64,000 nucleotides of DNA from Candidatus Staskawiczbacteria bacterium RIFCSPHIGHO2_02_FULL_43_16 (GCA_001821935.1 MHOU01000003.1:11873-75872), one strand, 5' to 3'. Shown: positions 6,620 to 15,815, counted from the stretch's first letter. Notes: a model not told the origin generated them from the sequence alone. Made by a program: numbers and translations.

Positions 6620-9154
6620 ATGTATATAAATTATAGCACAATTCTGTGCGAAGAGATAGAGTTGAGTGAGTGGGTAAATATCAAAATAATTAACCCTTTT
6701 CTTGGCTTTAAAGAAACCTATGGACTTTCCGAGCCAAGCGATGAATACTGGGTAAATTGGCGTCTTGAGATGCGAAATGCCAAAAAAACAAAAGTGCCCT
6801 ATATGCCAAATGGGAAACTAGCAAGCACTACTGATCCGGTGACTTGGAGTACCTTTGACGAAGTAATAGCCGCACAAAGCCGTTTTAGCGGCATTGGTAT
6901 CGTGTTCACAGGTCTATTACTGGGAATAGATGTGGACAAATGCCTTGAAGGCAGGGATATAACGCACGAACAAAGGAAAAAGATAGCAGAACTTATCACA
7001 AGGGCAAATACTTATACAGAAGTATCACCATCTGGAACTGGTTTGCATCTTTTTCTCAAACTTACTGCTCCGCTTAATCTTAAGGCAAATCGCCATGGTA
7101 ATTTTGAGGCTTATACTTTAGGAAGGTACTTCACTGTGACGCAAAACTTCTACCAAGATATAAAGTCTGTTAGGCTAGTGACACCAGAGGAAGCTGAATC
7201 TTTGCTTTCAATCATTGGTTATCCTTGGGAAAAAGGCGAACAGCCCAAAAATACACTCCATAGCCCAACAAGCAAAGAGATTGAATTAAGCGACGATGTG
7301 GTTCTTCAAAAAATGTTTGCTTCTAAGAATGGTTCAGCTATCAAGTTGTTATACAACGGAGATACTTCAGAATTTGATGGAGATGAATCAGTGGCTGATG
7401 CTTCTCTCTGTTCACACCTTGCTTTTTGGGTCGGCAAGGATGCTTCTCGCATAGAATCTTTGTGGCTTGCTTCTCCGCTTGGCAACAGAGAAAAGACACA
7501 ACAGCGCAAGGATTACCGAGACCACACCGTCGAATTTGCTATACAACACTGTACAGGAGTATACGATAATTCGGTTTCTATGGAAAAAATAGAGGGAATG
7601 CTAGAGCAAATACCTGTTGACATGTCAAAATTGAAATTAATGGAGGTGTTGAGTCCCATTTTTCAGGCTCTTATCCATATTGAAAGGACAACTGCAGAAT
7701 TGTTCATTCTGAACAATATTAAAGAACACTTCAGTATCACCAAGGCGGACGCCCAGAAGTATATTCCCCATTTGAATAACCTAAGGTTAAAATCACTGGC
7801 GGCAGACAAAGAGGAGAGGGAAAAGGAAGAAAAACTACCACTGCTGGCTAGGGACATAGACTACGGAGAGGTATTTGATGCTATATCTGAAATAGGTATT
7901 ATCCATGAAAGTACGCTAAAAATAATCACAGCGGTCATTATCTCTTCCCAATTACGATGCAATCCTCCTTTGTGGTTATTTCTCATTGGAGTACCATCGT
8001 CGTTAAAAACCGAGCTTGTTGGTTTATTTAGCGCGACAGATGAAGTCTATACATTGGATACGCTTACAGAGAATGCGTTTGCTTCTGGGTTTGTGCCAAA
8101 AGACGGTAAAGAACCACAGGATTTACTGCCACTCATTGATAACAAGGCATTTATCATAAAGGATCTGAACACTCTCTTTTCATTGAACGAGGAAACGGTA
8201 AAAAAGATCCTTGGCGATCTGACAAGCATCTTTGACGGTAAATTCGAAAAGTTCACAGCCACAAGGGGACTGATTAGCTATAGCTCGTTGTTTTCAATGA
8301 TCGGATGCATCACGCCTTCAATTTTGATTAAACACTATAACTATGCGACACAGCTTGGCCCACGATTTTTGTTCCTGCGACTTCCGGAATTAGACAGTGA
8401 TGAAATGAACCAAAGTTTAGAGAACTTTTGGAATGAGAAAAACAGGAAAGAAAAAATCATAAAAACACGGCAAATAGTGTCCTCCTATTGCACTCAACTC
8501 ATCAAAAAAATCAAACAATACGAACCTGCTGATGAAACTAAGGAAATCCAGGATAAAATTAGTGATATTTCTCTGCTTATTTGCCGGGCTCGTGGCATTG
8601 CTATTACGCAAAAATCAAGTTTTACAGACGAAAAAACAGGGAAAAAGGTGGAATATTATGAAATAAATAACTTTCAGGTAGAGCAGCCCTGGAGAATAAT
8701 CAATCAGCTAAAGTCCTTACTTCAAATCTTGAGTTTTATCAACGGAAACGCTGGTGTGGGCGAAGATGAAATAAATGTTATCAGGCCTGTCATCCTATCA
8801 ACTATGCCGGTAGATAGGTCAGAAGTAATGGGTATTCTTGTGAAAACATGCGGACGTTCGGCAACTGAAATTGGCAAACAAGTCGGAAAATCAGGGAAAA
8901 CCGCGCGTAGAACCCTAAAAGAGTTAGAAGCACTTGGGCTTGTTGACTGGTATCAAGACCCAAGCAATACATCAGGAAAAGCCGCCAAATTATACTTTGT
9001 CTCTGATAAATTTGCTTCTATCCTTCAGGCACCCATGCCCTCCCCGGAGTGTCTGTCCCTTTCAAAGATTGTGGCTGACGTGAATACGGCGATTTTTGAC
9101 GAAGCAGAGTACGAAATAGAAGATACTAACCCCCAACTTCCTGTGAATGGTTAA
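6620..9154 (+). CDS. Prim-pol (archaeo-eukaryotic primase-fold) domain protein, with a primase C-terminal-like region, a degenerate P-loop segment and a C-terminal winged-helix; putative replicase of the element
   Basis: AEP motifs hhhDVD (GIDVDKC) and sxSGxGxH (VSPSGTGLHLFLK). A PriCT-like block follows (DASLCSHLAFWVGKDASRIESLWLASPLGNREKTQQRKDY). Then a GxxxxxKT-like segment (GVPSSLKTE). C-terminal HTH-like region GRSATEIGKQVGKSGKTARRTLKELEALGLV. Confidence 0.7.
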   Translation: MYINYSTILCEEIELSEWVNIKIINPFLGFKETYGLSEPSDEYWVNWRLEMRNAKKTKVPYMPNGKLASTTDPVTWSTFDEVIAAQSRFSGIGIVFTGLLLGIDVDKCLEGRDITHEQRKKIAELITRANTYTEVSPSGTGLHLFLKLTAPLNLKANRHGNFEAYTLGRYFTVTQNFYQDIKSVRLVTPEEAESLLSIIGYPWEKGEQPKNTLHSPTSKEIELSDDVVLQKMFASKNGSAIKLLYNGDTSEFDGDESVADASLCSHLAFWVGKDASRIESLWLASPLGNREKTQQRKDYRDHTVEFAIQHCTGVYDNSVSMEKIEGMLEQIPVDMSKLKLMEVLSPIFQALIHIERTTAELFILNNIKEHFSITKADAQKYIPHLNNLRLKSLAADKEEREKEEKLPLLARDIDYGEVFDAISEIGIIHESTLKIITAVIISSQLRCNPPLWLFLIGVPSSLKTELVGLFSATDEVYTLDTLTENAFASGFVPKDGKEPQDLLPLIDNKAFIIKDLNTLFSLNEETVKKILGDLTSIFDGKFEKFTATRGLISYSSLFSMIGCITPSILIKHYNYATQLGPRFLFLRLPELDSDEMNQSLENFWNEKNRKEKIIKTRQIVSSYCTQLIKKIKQYEPADETKEIQDKISDISLLICRARGIAITQKSSFTDEKTGKKVEYYEINNFQVEQPWRIINQLKSLLQILSFINGNAGVGEDEINVIRPVILSTMPVDRSEVMGILVKTCGRSATEIGKQVGKSGKTARRTLKELEALGLVDWYQDPSNTSGKAAKLYFVSDKFASILQAPMPSPECLSLSKIVADVNTAIFDEAEYEIEDTNPQLPVNG

Positions 9155-9178
9155 GAGCTTCATTGCTTAATATCTACC

Positions 9179-9210
9179 AAAAAAGCCACAATACTATCGT
9201 GGCTTTTTTG
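9179..9210. terminator. Bidirectional rho-independent terminator
   Basis: aaaaAAGCCACaatactatcGTGGCTTtttttgg lies between the convergent replicase (+) and the acidic protein gene (-). Confidence 0.6.
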
Positions 9211-9404
9211 GATGAGAATTATTTTCTAACTTTTACAATTAAATCCGTAACCATTTTATCTGTTTTCCTAACAAAAAAATTTATTTCTTTCAGTAGTTTT
9301 AATTTTTCTTTGGGAGAAACGCTGGCTTTATTTAATTTTTCCAATGCCTCTTTAATTGCTTTTTTTGTTAATGTTTTTGCCATAGTTTTTTATTTATTGT
9401 TAGT

Positions 9405-10037
9405 TTATTCTGTCTTATCTTTATACTTTTCATCAAGGTCATTTTTTAGCTTTTTTATTTGATTTTCAGTATCATCTTCTGATGGTAATGCCTCCTCTAC
9501 TTCCTCAACTGGTTGAGCCTCCACGACTTCGCCATCTTCTACTGGCACAGCCTCTTGCGCTTCATTATCTCTTTCAGCTCTTGCCATTTCTTGTTGTTGC
9601 GCCTTTCTTCCCCATCCTAAATAAGCCACGGCTTTGGCAATTCCCCAAAATACTACTCCGCCTAACACCGTGGTAGCCACTTCTTTAATATCTTTGTCGC
9701 CCGATGCCAATTCGCGAATACTTTCACCCACGGTTCCAGCCATAGCAATTCCCGCCAACATATTAACCATAGAATTGGCAGATACATAGTCCTTAATTTC
9801 TTTAATACCTGCCATTAGAACATTCTTTGCTTTTTCGGACAAACTTTCATCGCTTTGCAATTCTTCTAATTCGTCCAAATGCTCATTAAGCTCGCCGACA
9901 CCCTCTCGAAGTTCCGCTTGGACTTCCCTTATCTCCTCCTCTATGCGAGTTTCTTCTGCTTGTTCAATTCCTGCTTCCGCCACTTGTTCTTGTGGAGATT
10001 CTAATTCTTCGCGATTTAAGCCGTCTGGATTTTTCAT
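9405..10037 (-). CDS. Hypothetical acidic coiled-coil protein with a central hydrophobic segment
   Basis: 210 aa, strongly E/D-rich. Central MVNMLAGIAMAGTV…VVFWGIAKAVAYLGW looks like a TM or amphipathic segment. No family recognised. Confidence 0.5.
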   Translation of the reverse strand: MKNPDGLNREELESPQEQVAEAGIEQAEETRIEEEIREVQAELREGVGELNEHLDELEELQSDESLSEKAKNVLMAGIKEIKDYVSANSMVNMLAGIAMAGTVGESIRELASGDKDIKEVATTVLGGVVFWGIAKAVAYLGWGRKAQQQEMARAERDNEAQEAVPVEDGEVVEAQPVEEVEEALPSEDDTENQIKKLKNDLDEKYKDKTE

Positions 10038-10151
10038 ATCTTGATTTTAATTAATGGTATATTTTTTCTTTAAGTAATCATACATTTTAAAAAAGAAAAG
10101 AAAAAGACCTCGAGGGAGCAAAGGTGCTCTTTCGAGGTCATGTTTAGTGGG

Positions 10152-10805
10152 TTATTTCCCCCACTTTTTGTAGTGCTTGTCTTTGACGGCCTGTTCAACG
10201 AACGGCCACATAGCCAGTCCGCCTTGCACGAAACAGCAGAGGATAAGGTGAAGACGCAACTTCACCCCAAGCCACGCTTGGCCACTCATCGGGTACTCCT
10301 TCCGAGAGTCATTAAGTAACATCTCGCCACCCGCCTGAGCGATCTCATTGCGGACCTCGTCCTGAACGCCACGGCGCTCTTCTTCCAGCCATTTTGCCGG
10401 ATCGAAATCCTTGGGCGCCTTGAAGACGGTGATGCTGTAGGTGATGTGACTGGAAACAAAGTCCATCAGCCAGGAGAAGAAGCCGTATCCTCCGTAAGAA
10501 GGGTCATGAATCGTCTTTTCCACGATGCATCCCATGTTCTGGATGCCGAGACGGTTGAGCGTGTCGTTGAGGGTTCTGTCCCACAACGCACTCGTTTCTC
10601 CGAGCAAGACCCCCTGCCTGTCGAAGACATAGAAATCTCCCTGCGCCTTCACGGTGGCCAGATTCACTCTCGACACCTTGACTTCGCAGGTTTTCCTCTC
10701 TTTGACAATCCTTGTCAAAAAGGGAAACTCTTGGAAGAACGCGGCGATCTTCTCCCTACTCTGATGCTGACACATGACGCACCTCTTTCTGTGGCATCTC
10801 GCCAC
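10152..10805 (-). CDS. Hypothetical protein encoded in a GC-rich segment
   Basis: 217-aa ORF. Local GC is visibly higher than the flanks (for example ccacggcgctcttcttccagccattttgccggatcgaaatccttgggcgcc). No family recognised. Confidence 0.5.
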   Translation of the reverse strand: MARCHRKRCVMCQHQSREKIAAFFQEFPFLTRIVKERKTCEVKVSRVNLATVKAQGDFYVFDRQGVLLGETSALWDRTLNDTLNRLGIQNMGCIVEKTIHDPSYGGYGFFSWLMDFVSSHITYSITVFKAPKDFDPAKWLEEERRGVQDEVRNEIAQAGGEMLLNDSRKEYPMSGQAWLGVKLRLHLILCCFVQGGLAMWPFVEQAVKDKHYKKWGK

Positions 10806-10997
10806 ATTTGGGACTTTAGCATCTCGCCAAAGTCGGATGGATGCCTTTAGCTTCTCGCTAAGAGCAACGTTTCAGAAACTACTTATACCATACACTTTTT
10901 ACAGTTCATTGTCAAATTTTTCGTGTTCTATGCAGTAATTAAAAACCCCAAAAAAGCATCGTGCTTTTTCGGGGTAATGGTAGGCGAAAGTGATCAC

Positions 10998-11702
10998 CTA
11001 CTTTTTGGGGTTGGCTGTTTGTTGAGCCTTTTTGTGTGCTACGACTACTGCCATAGCACCTGGGTAAAAGATCCAAGCGCAGATCCATCCTATGGCCTCG
11101 AATACCTGGAAAACAGGTGACTTTGGCGCTGGCGGAATTTCATCGTCCGCCAGAAGGAATGTCGCCGGGTTCAATTGGTCGAAATTACCCGACTTCATTT
11201 CCATGATGAAACACAAGATGTAGAATACTCCGCCGACGAGTGCAGTCCACATCACCGGACCTCGAAGGTCACCTGTGATAAGGTTCCACACGCACATCAC
11301 GCTGGCCGCGATTCCTACTCCAAAGTAGAATAGGTGCAGGATTCCAGCAAAGCTCACTTTGTCGCGATCGGGAAATCCGTAATCGGGCTTGTGGGCGTTG
11401 CCAAGGCACATCTTCAGGAAGCCCAAGCCACTGACCACGACGATTGGCAGACTCCACCACAAGTTGGTGATGTCTTTGACCGCCAGATGCACAAAGGCGT
11501 TGGTAATCAGCAGAACTCCGATCCCGTCGCCCCAGGTCATTGTCCAGAAGTCTTGGATGTACAGGAACCTCTGCTTGGTCATCGGAATGAATGAGTTGCG
11601 CGACGGCAGATTTCTGTCCACCGCCTGCGCCAGAAGCATCACACCGATGCACGCGACATTGGCGACCATTACCGATGCAAAAATCAGCCAAGAAAATTCC
11701 AC
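10998..11702 (-). CDS. Hypothetical multi-pass membrane protein (GC-rich segment)
   Basis: Six or more hydrophobic helices (LIFASVMVANVACIGVMLLA, WWSLPIVVVSGLGFL, GILHLFYFGVGIAASVMCVW, WTALVGGVFYILCFIM, IGWICAWIFYPGAMAVVVA). Confidence 0.55.
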   Translation of the reverse strand: MEFSWLIFASVMVANVACIGVMLLAQAVDRNLPSRNSFIPMTKQRFLYIQDFWTMTWGDGIGVLLITNAFVHLAVKDITNLWWSLPIVVVSGLGFLKMCLGNAHKPDYGFPDRDKVSFAGILHLFYFGVGIAASVMCVWNLITGDLRGPVMWTALVGGVFYILCFIMEMKSGNFDQLNPATFLLADDEIPPAPKSPVFQVFEAIGWICAWIFYPGAMAVVVAHKKAQQTANPKK

Positions 11703-11803
11703 GATATCCTCCCTTAAAGAACGCCCTTAAACAGATTTAACACCAACAAGGTGAAAAAGAGCTGTTTATTTGTCAAAGTTCACTATACCCTAATTATAGC
11801 ATA

Positions 11804-12658
11804 TTATGGTATAATGTCAATAGTTGAGGGGTGAACGCCCTCTATCCAATTCCTTATGATATTTGCCGTGATTTTGGGTTTTTCTAACGGTAAAAGATGT
11901 CCGCAATTTTTCATAATTTCCAATGTGGAGCCAGATAACTGCTGGCTAAATTCTTGTATTGAATATAGGGGTGCAACTCGGTCTAATTCACCAGCGATTA
12001 TCAAAGATTTTATTTTTATTTTTTTACCAAATGGAATAAGGCTGAATTTATGAAATTCATCAAATAAATCATTGCTCACCTGCGGACTTAATTTTTTAAT
12101 TTCTTCAATATCCCTGATTATTATTTCTGTATGTATTCTTTGGTTGGCTGATTTAAAAATAATCATATCCCCTAATTTTTTACCAAAACCATTAGATATC
12201 ATTATTTTTTGCAAATATTCTGGTAGCATTTCTGTAATTTCAAAGTAGAGCGAAGCAATCCTATCAAGCAATCCCTCAACTTTTAAAACGGGGGCAATAA
12301 GAATAAGTTGCTTAACCTTTTTAGAATAATGATTAGTAAAAATTAAGGCAACTCTTGAACCAAAAGAATGACCAATAATAATCACTTCTTCCACAGACAA
12401 AATTTCCAAAAAATCATTCAACCAATCGCTATAATTTTTTAAATTATGTTTTTTATGCAAGGGTTCTGAAAACCCACAAGCAGGTAAATCGGGTATTATA
12501 AATCTGTAATCACCAAGGTCATTTGCTAAATCAAGCAATCCCCTGTGATTGCCAGGAAAGCCATGCAACAAAACTATGACCTTTTTATGCATATGGTTTT
12601 TCTGCCAATAAAAAAACTTCCTCCCGTTAATCGTAATTACGTTTTTTTTAAATTTCAT
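11804..12658 (-). CDS. Alpha/beta-hydrolase fold protein (start taken at MKFKK; the ORF track extends to 12844)
   Basis: HGFPGNHRGLLDLANDLGD… and the nucleophile-elbow motif IIGHSFGSRVALIF (GxSxG). Typical esterase/lipase/haloperoxidase-family layout. Confidence 0.7.
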   Translation of the reverse strand: MKFKKNVITINGRKFFYWQKNHMHKKVIVLLHGFPGNHRGLLDLANDLGDYRFIIPDLPACGFSEPLHKKHNLKNYSDWLNDFLEILSVEEVIIIGHSFGSRVALIFTNHYSKKVKQLILIAPVLKVEGLLDRIASLYFEITEMLPEYLQKIMISNGFGKKLGDMIIFKSANQRIHTEIIIRDIEEIKKLSPQVSNDLFDEFHKFSLIPFGKKIKIKSLIIAGELDRVAPLYSIQEFSQQLSGSTLEIMKNCGHLLPLEKPKITANIIRNWIEGVHPSTIDIIP

Positions 12659-12662
12659 TTTT

Positions 12663-12798
12663 GTCGCAGTGGATTTGGGAGTACAGAAAAGGCACCTCCC
12701 CTTGCCAATAACACCCTTTCGGATATTATCTCCTATCCTCGCGAATAGGAACCACTGCGACGTGTGGCAGGTAGAAATGCCATCTCTATGTCGCAGTG
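12663..12798. promoter_or_regulatory. Repeated 10-mer GTCGCAGTGG (two direct copies and one inverted copy) upstream of the hydrolase gene
   Basis: GTCGCAGTGG at 12663-12672 and 12789-12798; CCACTGCGAC at 12755-12764. The 12755/12789 pair forms a 10-bp stem with a ~24-nt loop. Possible operator or leader structure. Confidence 0.3.
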
Positions 12799-13059
12799 GT
12801 CTTTGCCATGCTCCGTAAAAATTTACAGAGTTTAGGCAATTCAATTATTAAATTGTTATCTTAATACTAACTCAAAATCATTAAAAAATAAAGAGGTTTG
12901 TATCATTAAAAAGCCCCACGGGATTGGGGACTTTTCACGATATTACTCCCGGATAGTAAGACTAGATAGTGCATTGATGCTATTTCTGATATTATGGATT
13001 TGAGGCAATAGTTCGGAAAGCCAACCTTCTTCGGCACTATTTTGTAGTAAAAAGGTCGG

Positions 13060-13563
13060 TTGAAGTTTAATAGCAAAAAAGAGATGAAATTACTTATTAG
13101 ATTAATTCCCTTGTGGATTATCCTTATTGCCACCTTGGTGCTGACATTTTGGTCAGTGCGGCAATTGGCCGTATCCGTTATAAAAACCACCACAGCCCCT
13201 GAAGCCGCTTCGGTTAAAATGGACCCGTACGCCGGAGGAATGGGCATGGGCCCAGGATATAGCAATTATTGTTTGACACCGCCCATGTACCCTGCGCTAT
13301 CTTCCGCCATGATGCCCGGAACGGTTATGACCAAAGAAGACAAGGCTGCCATGGAAAAGTACGAGAAAGAAATGCAAAAGTATAATGAAGAATACACTGC
13401 CGCTTGCAAGGCAGAACAGCAAAAGCAGGAAAAACTGAAAGAACGAGGGTTGAATTCAGCCTGGTTTTCAAGCGTAGCGGTGTATTCCATTCTTTTCTTA
13501 TTCGGAATATTCGCAACGGCTCTTACGTTATTGGTGATAAAAAAGAGTGAAACAGAGGGATAG
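13060..13563 (+). CDS. Hypothetical membrane protein (N- and C-terminal TM helices, Met/Pro/Gly-rich and coiled-coil middle)
   Basis: LIRLIPLWIILIATLVLTFWSV and AWFSSVAVYSILFLFGIFATALTLLVI. A strong terminator follows. Confidence 0.5.
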   Translation: MKFNSKKEMKLLIRLIPLWIILIATLVLTFWSVRQLAVSVIKTTTAPEAASVKMDPYAGGMGMGPGYSNYCLTPPMYPALSSAMMPGTVMTKEDKAAMEKYEKEMQKYNEEYTAACKAEQQKQEKLKERGLNSAWFSSVAVYSILFLFGIFATALTLLVIKKSETEG

Positions 13564-13573
13564 CTTGTAGGAC

Positions 13574-13608
13574 AAAAAAACCGGGCCGCCCAGCGGCCCG
13601 GTTTTTTT
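13574..13608. terminator. Bidirectional rho-independent terminator
   Basis: aaaaaaACCGGGCCGCccagGCGGCCCGGTttttttt between convergent genes. Confidence 0.75.
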
Positions 13609-14107
13609 AACTTTGCACGATTAACATAGTAGCCCTTCTTGCTCCAAATTCTATTGCTTTTTGTCTTCCCTCTTCTTTATTCGGAAAGAAAATATCCACT
13701 CGATTCTTGCCGGTATACTTTTTGTTCATCCTGTCTTCAACCACGAATTTCTTGTCTCCAAACAATTCGGGGATCATGACAATTGTTCCGAAGGGATAGT
13801 CGTTGGTAGCAATGAACCCGTCGGCCACGTGCTTCCCAGAGGCTGTTTCCCATTCCCTATCGTCAGTTTGATCTTTTGTGTCTGAATATCCGGTAAATAC
13901 CACGCCCTTTATAGTTTTTACCACTTCATAGTGAGATTTATCCAACTTGCAAATGGTAAGGTGTCCATTGTAGACCAAAGTGACTTTTGTGTCACTTGCG
14001 GTGTTATTAGGTTCGGCATGGGTAGTGTTTGGGGCTACGATGGCATATAAGGCGATTCCCACAATAAAGCCCATAAGGATAGATCTAATCAATAAAGATT
14101 TATTCAT
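13607..14107 (-). CDS. Secreted 3D-domain protein (YuiC/MltA-type lytic-transglycosylase-like fold)
   Basis: Signal-peptide-like N-terminus. C-terminal 3D-domain pattern …ASGKHVADGFIATNDYPFGTIVMIPELFGDKKFVVEDRMNKKYTGKNRVDIFFPNKEEGRQKAIEFGARRATMLI. Confidence 0.6.
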   Translation of the reverse strand: MNKSLLIRSILMGFIVGIALYAIVAPNTTHAEPNNTASDTKVTLVYNGHLTICKLDKSHYEVVKTIKGVVFTGYSDTKDQTDDREWETASGKHVADGFIATNDYPFGTIVMIPELFGDKKFVVEDRMNKKYTGKNRVDIFFPNKEEGRQKAIEFGARRATMLIVQS

Positions 14108-14305
14108 AAATTAGGCTTAATAGTATAAAATCCACTAAAAAATGCCCTTCTTTGAGCATGTCTTGATATTAGCATACTCAAGCACCTTTGTCAATAGCTA
14201 TCCCACATTTATCCGCAGGTGTCAAATAGGCGTTTTAGAGGGTAAAATGGCTCAAAAAACCCCAAAAAAAGAGCCTAAAAATAGGCTCTTTTTTGGGGTT
14301 TTGGT

Positions 14306-14379
14306 TGGAGCGGGTATGGGGAGTCGAACCCCACTCATTAGCTTGGAAAGCTAAGGTAATACCGATATACGATACCCGC
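14306..14379 (-). tRNA. tRNA-Gly (TCC), CCA encoded
   Basis: Minus-strand cloverleaf. Acceptor GCGGGTA/TACCCGC. Anticodon stem TTAGC/GCTAA with loop TTTCCAA. T-arm GGGGTTCGACTCCCC. 3' CCA present (TGG on the plus strand at 14306-14308). Confidence 0.75.
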
Positions 14380-14446
14380 CTGCGCCCGCCATATCGGGCT
14401 TCGGCGGGCAATGCCCACTAAGACCGCAAAGGAAGGGGCTCTTTTG

Positions 14447-14517
14447 TCGGGGTACTCGGATTCGAACCGAGATTAAGTCGTCCCAAACGACTCGTGCTGC
14501 CGTTACACTATACCCCG
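14447..14517 (-). tRNA. tRNA-Pro (TGG)
   Basis: Acceptor CGGGGTA/TACCCCG. Anticodon stem AGTCG/CGACT with loop TTTGGGA. T-arm TCGGTTCGAATCCGA. No CCA encoded. Confidence 0.75.
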
Positions 14518-14964
14518 TTTTGCTATCTTAGGTAATTTTTGAAACCGCTGATCGTGATGCCAAACCTGCCCATAATGTATTATTCTGTGACAATTAGCAC
14601 AGACAACAACACATTTTCCAATTTCTTTTTTCACTCTTTCTATCCCAAAATGATTATAGCGCGCAGATCCAATTGAGAACTCCTTATCATTGCCAGTGTG
14701 GTGAAAATCTAGGATTCGATGATCCTTTGTGCCACATTTTATGCACCCACTTTTTATCTTATACCCATCCAATATTTTTTGGTATTTTTCTACAAGCGCC
14801 TTCTTAGTTTTACCATAACAAAACCGACATTTTAAGCGACGGTAGATTTTATCGGGCGTTGAAAGGGCAACCCCAAAATCAGATTCAGGATAATATTGAC
14901 TGCAATATTTGCATAGCTTCATTAGTCTATCATAATATCTTTGGGAGCGGGAATCAAGGTGCAA
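14503..14964 (-). CDS. HNH endonuclease
   Basis: Cys-rich with C-terminal HNH motif (…VVVCANCHRIIHYG…) and zinc-ribbon CxxC pairs. The 3' end overlaps the tRNA-Pro 5' end by ~15 nt. Confidence 0.65.
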   Translation of the reverse strand: MHLDSRSQRYYDRLMKLCKYCSQYYPESDFGVALSTPDKIYRRLKCRFCYGKTKKALVEKYQKILDGYKIKSGCIKCGTKDHRILDFHHTGNDKEFSIGSARYNHFGIERVKKEIGKCVVVCANCHRIIHYGQVWHHDQRFQKLPKIAKRGIV

Positions 14965-15071
14965 ATTACCAAAAACTTAAAAGTAGAATCTGCTTAGGAT
15001 TATATCTCAAAAAATCTTCCTTGTCAAAGGCAAAAAATCATGATAACATCCAAAATAACCCCAGGGGATAT

Positions 15072-15143
15072 GCCCTCGTAGTTCAATGGACAGAACAGCG
15101 CTCTTCTAAGGCGCATATGTGGGTTCGATTCCTACCGAGGGCA
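15072..15143 (+). tRNA. tRNA-Arg (TCT)
   Basis: Acceptor GCCCTCG/CGAGGGC. D-stem GTTC/GAAC. Anticodon stem GCGCT/GGCGC with loop CTTCTAA. T-arm GTGGGTTCGATTCCTAC. Confidence 0.8.
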
Positions 15144-15160
15144 CATGGTTTAAAAATCAT

Positions 15161-15234
15161 GGCGGTCGTAGTGTAGTGGCCTAGCACAGCGCTCTGTGGC
15201 AGCGCTAGCGGGAGTTCGAATCTCCTCGATCGCC
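15161..15234 (+). tRNA. tRNA-His (GTG) with encoded G-1
   Basis: Extra 5' G then acceptor GCGGTCG/CGATCGC. Anticodon stem GCGCT/AGCGC with loop CTGTGGC (GTG). T-arm GGGAGTTCGAATCTCC. Discriminator C. Confidence 0.8.
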
Positions 15235-15240
15235 CATACC

Positions 15241-15270
15241 AAAAGCCGCCCCGTTCGCGGGGCGGCTTTT
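15241..15270 (+). terminator. Rho-independent terminator after the tRNA pair
   Basis: AAAAGCCGCCCCGttcgCGGGGCGGCTTTT. Confidence 0.75.
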
Positions 15271-15296
15271 GCATAGACAGGAGTATAAAAAAGTTC

Positions 15297-15815
15297 TTGA
15301 CATATCAAAAATATTTGTTAGAATATGATTGTCGCCCTTTTCCAACCCACAATCCAGCTACGGAGAATCACATGGTAAGTAAAATTTTTTCCGCGTCTGA
15401 ACAAAGAAAAGAAAGAAAGCTTGAAAGATTCATCAAGAGAAAGAACAAACTAATATCGGCTGCCCAACCGCCCTCCGGCAACACTAAAAATCCCAAGCCG
15501 TGGACATTTTTTTGCAGACTAAATGGCTTAGAAGAAGCACTGCCGCCAGACAAAGAAGGATTTGTGAAAAAACTCGCCCAAATCATGGCGAATGCCAACT
15601 ATCAAAACCTTAATCCCACTATCGTTTACAAGAAGCTTTGCGGGATTCTGGAAATGGAGGTGGCTCAACGGCAAATGATAGGCAAAGCCATAGACCATCG
15701 AGAGTGCAAAAAATGGTCTGTCGGAAAGCACCGCGTATTCTTTGCGGTGGATGAATCCAATCGTATCGTACGCATTTCATTTTTATGGAGAAAAGATGCG
15801 TACGGAGGGCACTAA
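15297..15815 (+). CDS. Protein with a C-terminal RelE/ParE-like toxin domain and a long basic N-terminal extension
   Basis: C-terminus …WSVGKHRVFFAVDESNRIVRISFLWRKDAYG fits the RelE/ParE pattern (yRiiYxvddexxxvxvlrighRkdxY). The N-terminal ~80 aa are unassigned. No separate antitoxin ORF is obvious. Confidence 0.4.
   Translation: MTYQKYLLEYDCRPFPTHNPATENHMVSKIFSASEQRKERKLERFIKRKNKLISAAQPPSGNTKNPKPWTFFCRLNGLEEALPPDKEGFVKKLAQIMANANYQNLNPTIVYKKLCGILEMEVAQRQMIGKAIDHRECKKWSVGKHRVFFAVDESNRIVRISFLWRKDAYGGH

Noticed and set aside
9163-9462. ORF 9163..9462 (+)
   Set aside because: Begins inside a bidirectional terminator and runs antisense to the 3' end of the acidic-protein gene. Phe/Ser-rich low complexity.
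12906-13265. ORF 12906..13265 (-)
   Set aside because: Antisense to the better-supported membrane-protein gene 13060..13563, which has its own strong terminator. No features.
14859-15274. ORFs 14859..15176 (+) and 15083..15274 (-)
   Set aside because: They overlap the hand-folded tRNA-Arg(TCT) and tRNA-His genes and a terminator. No coding features.
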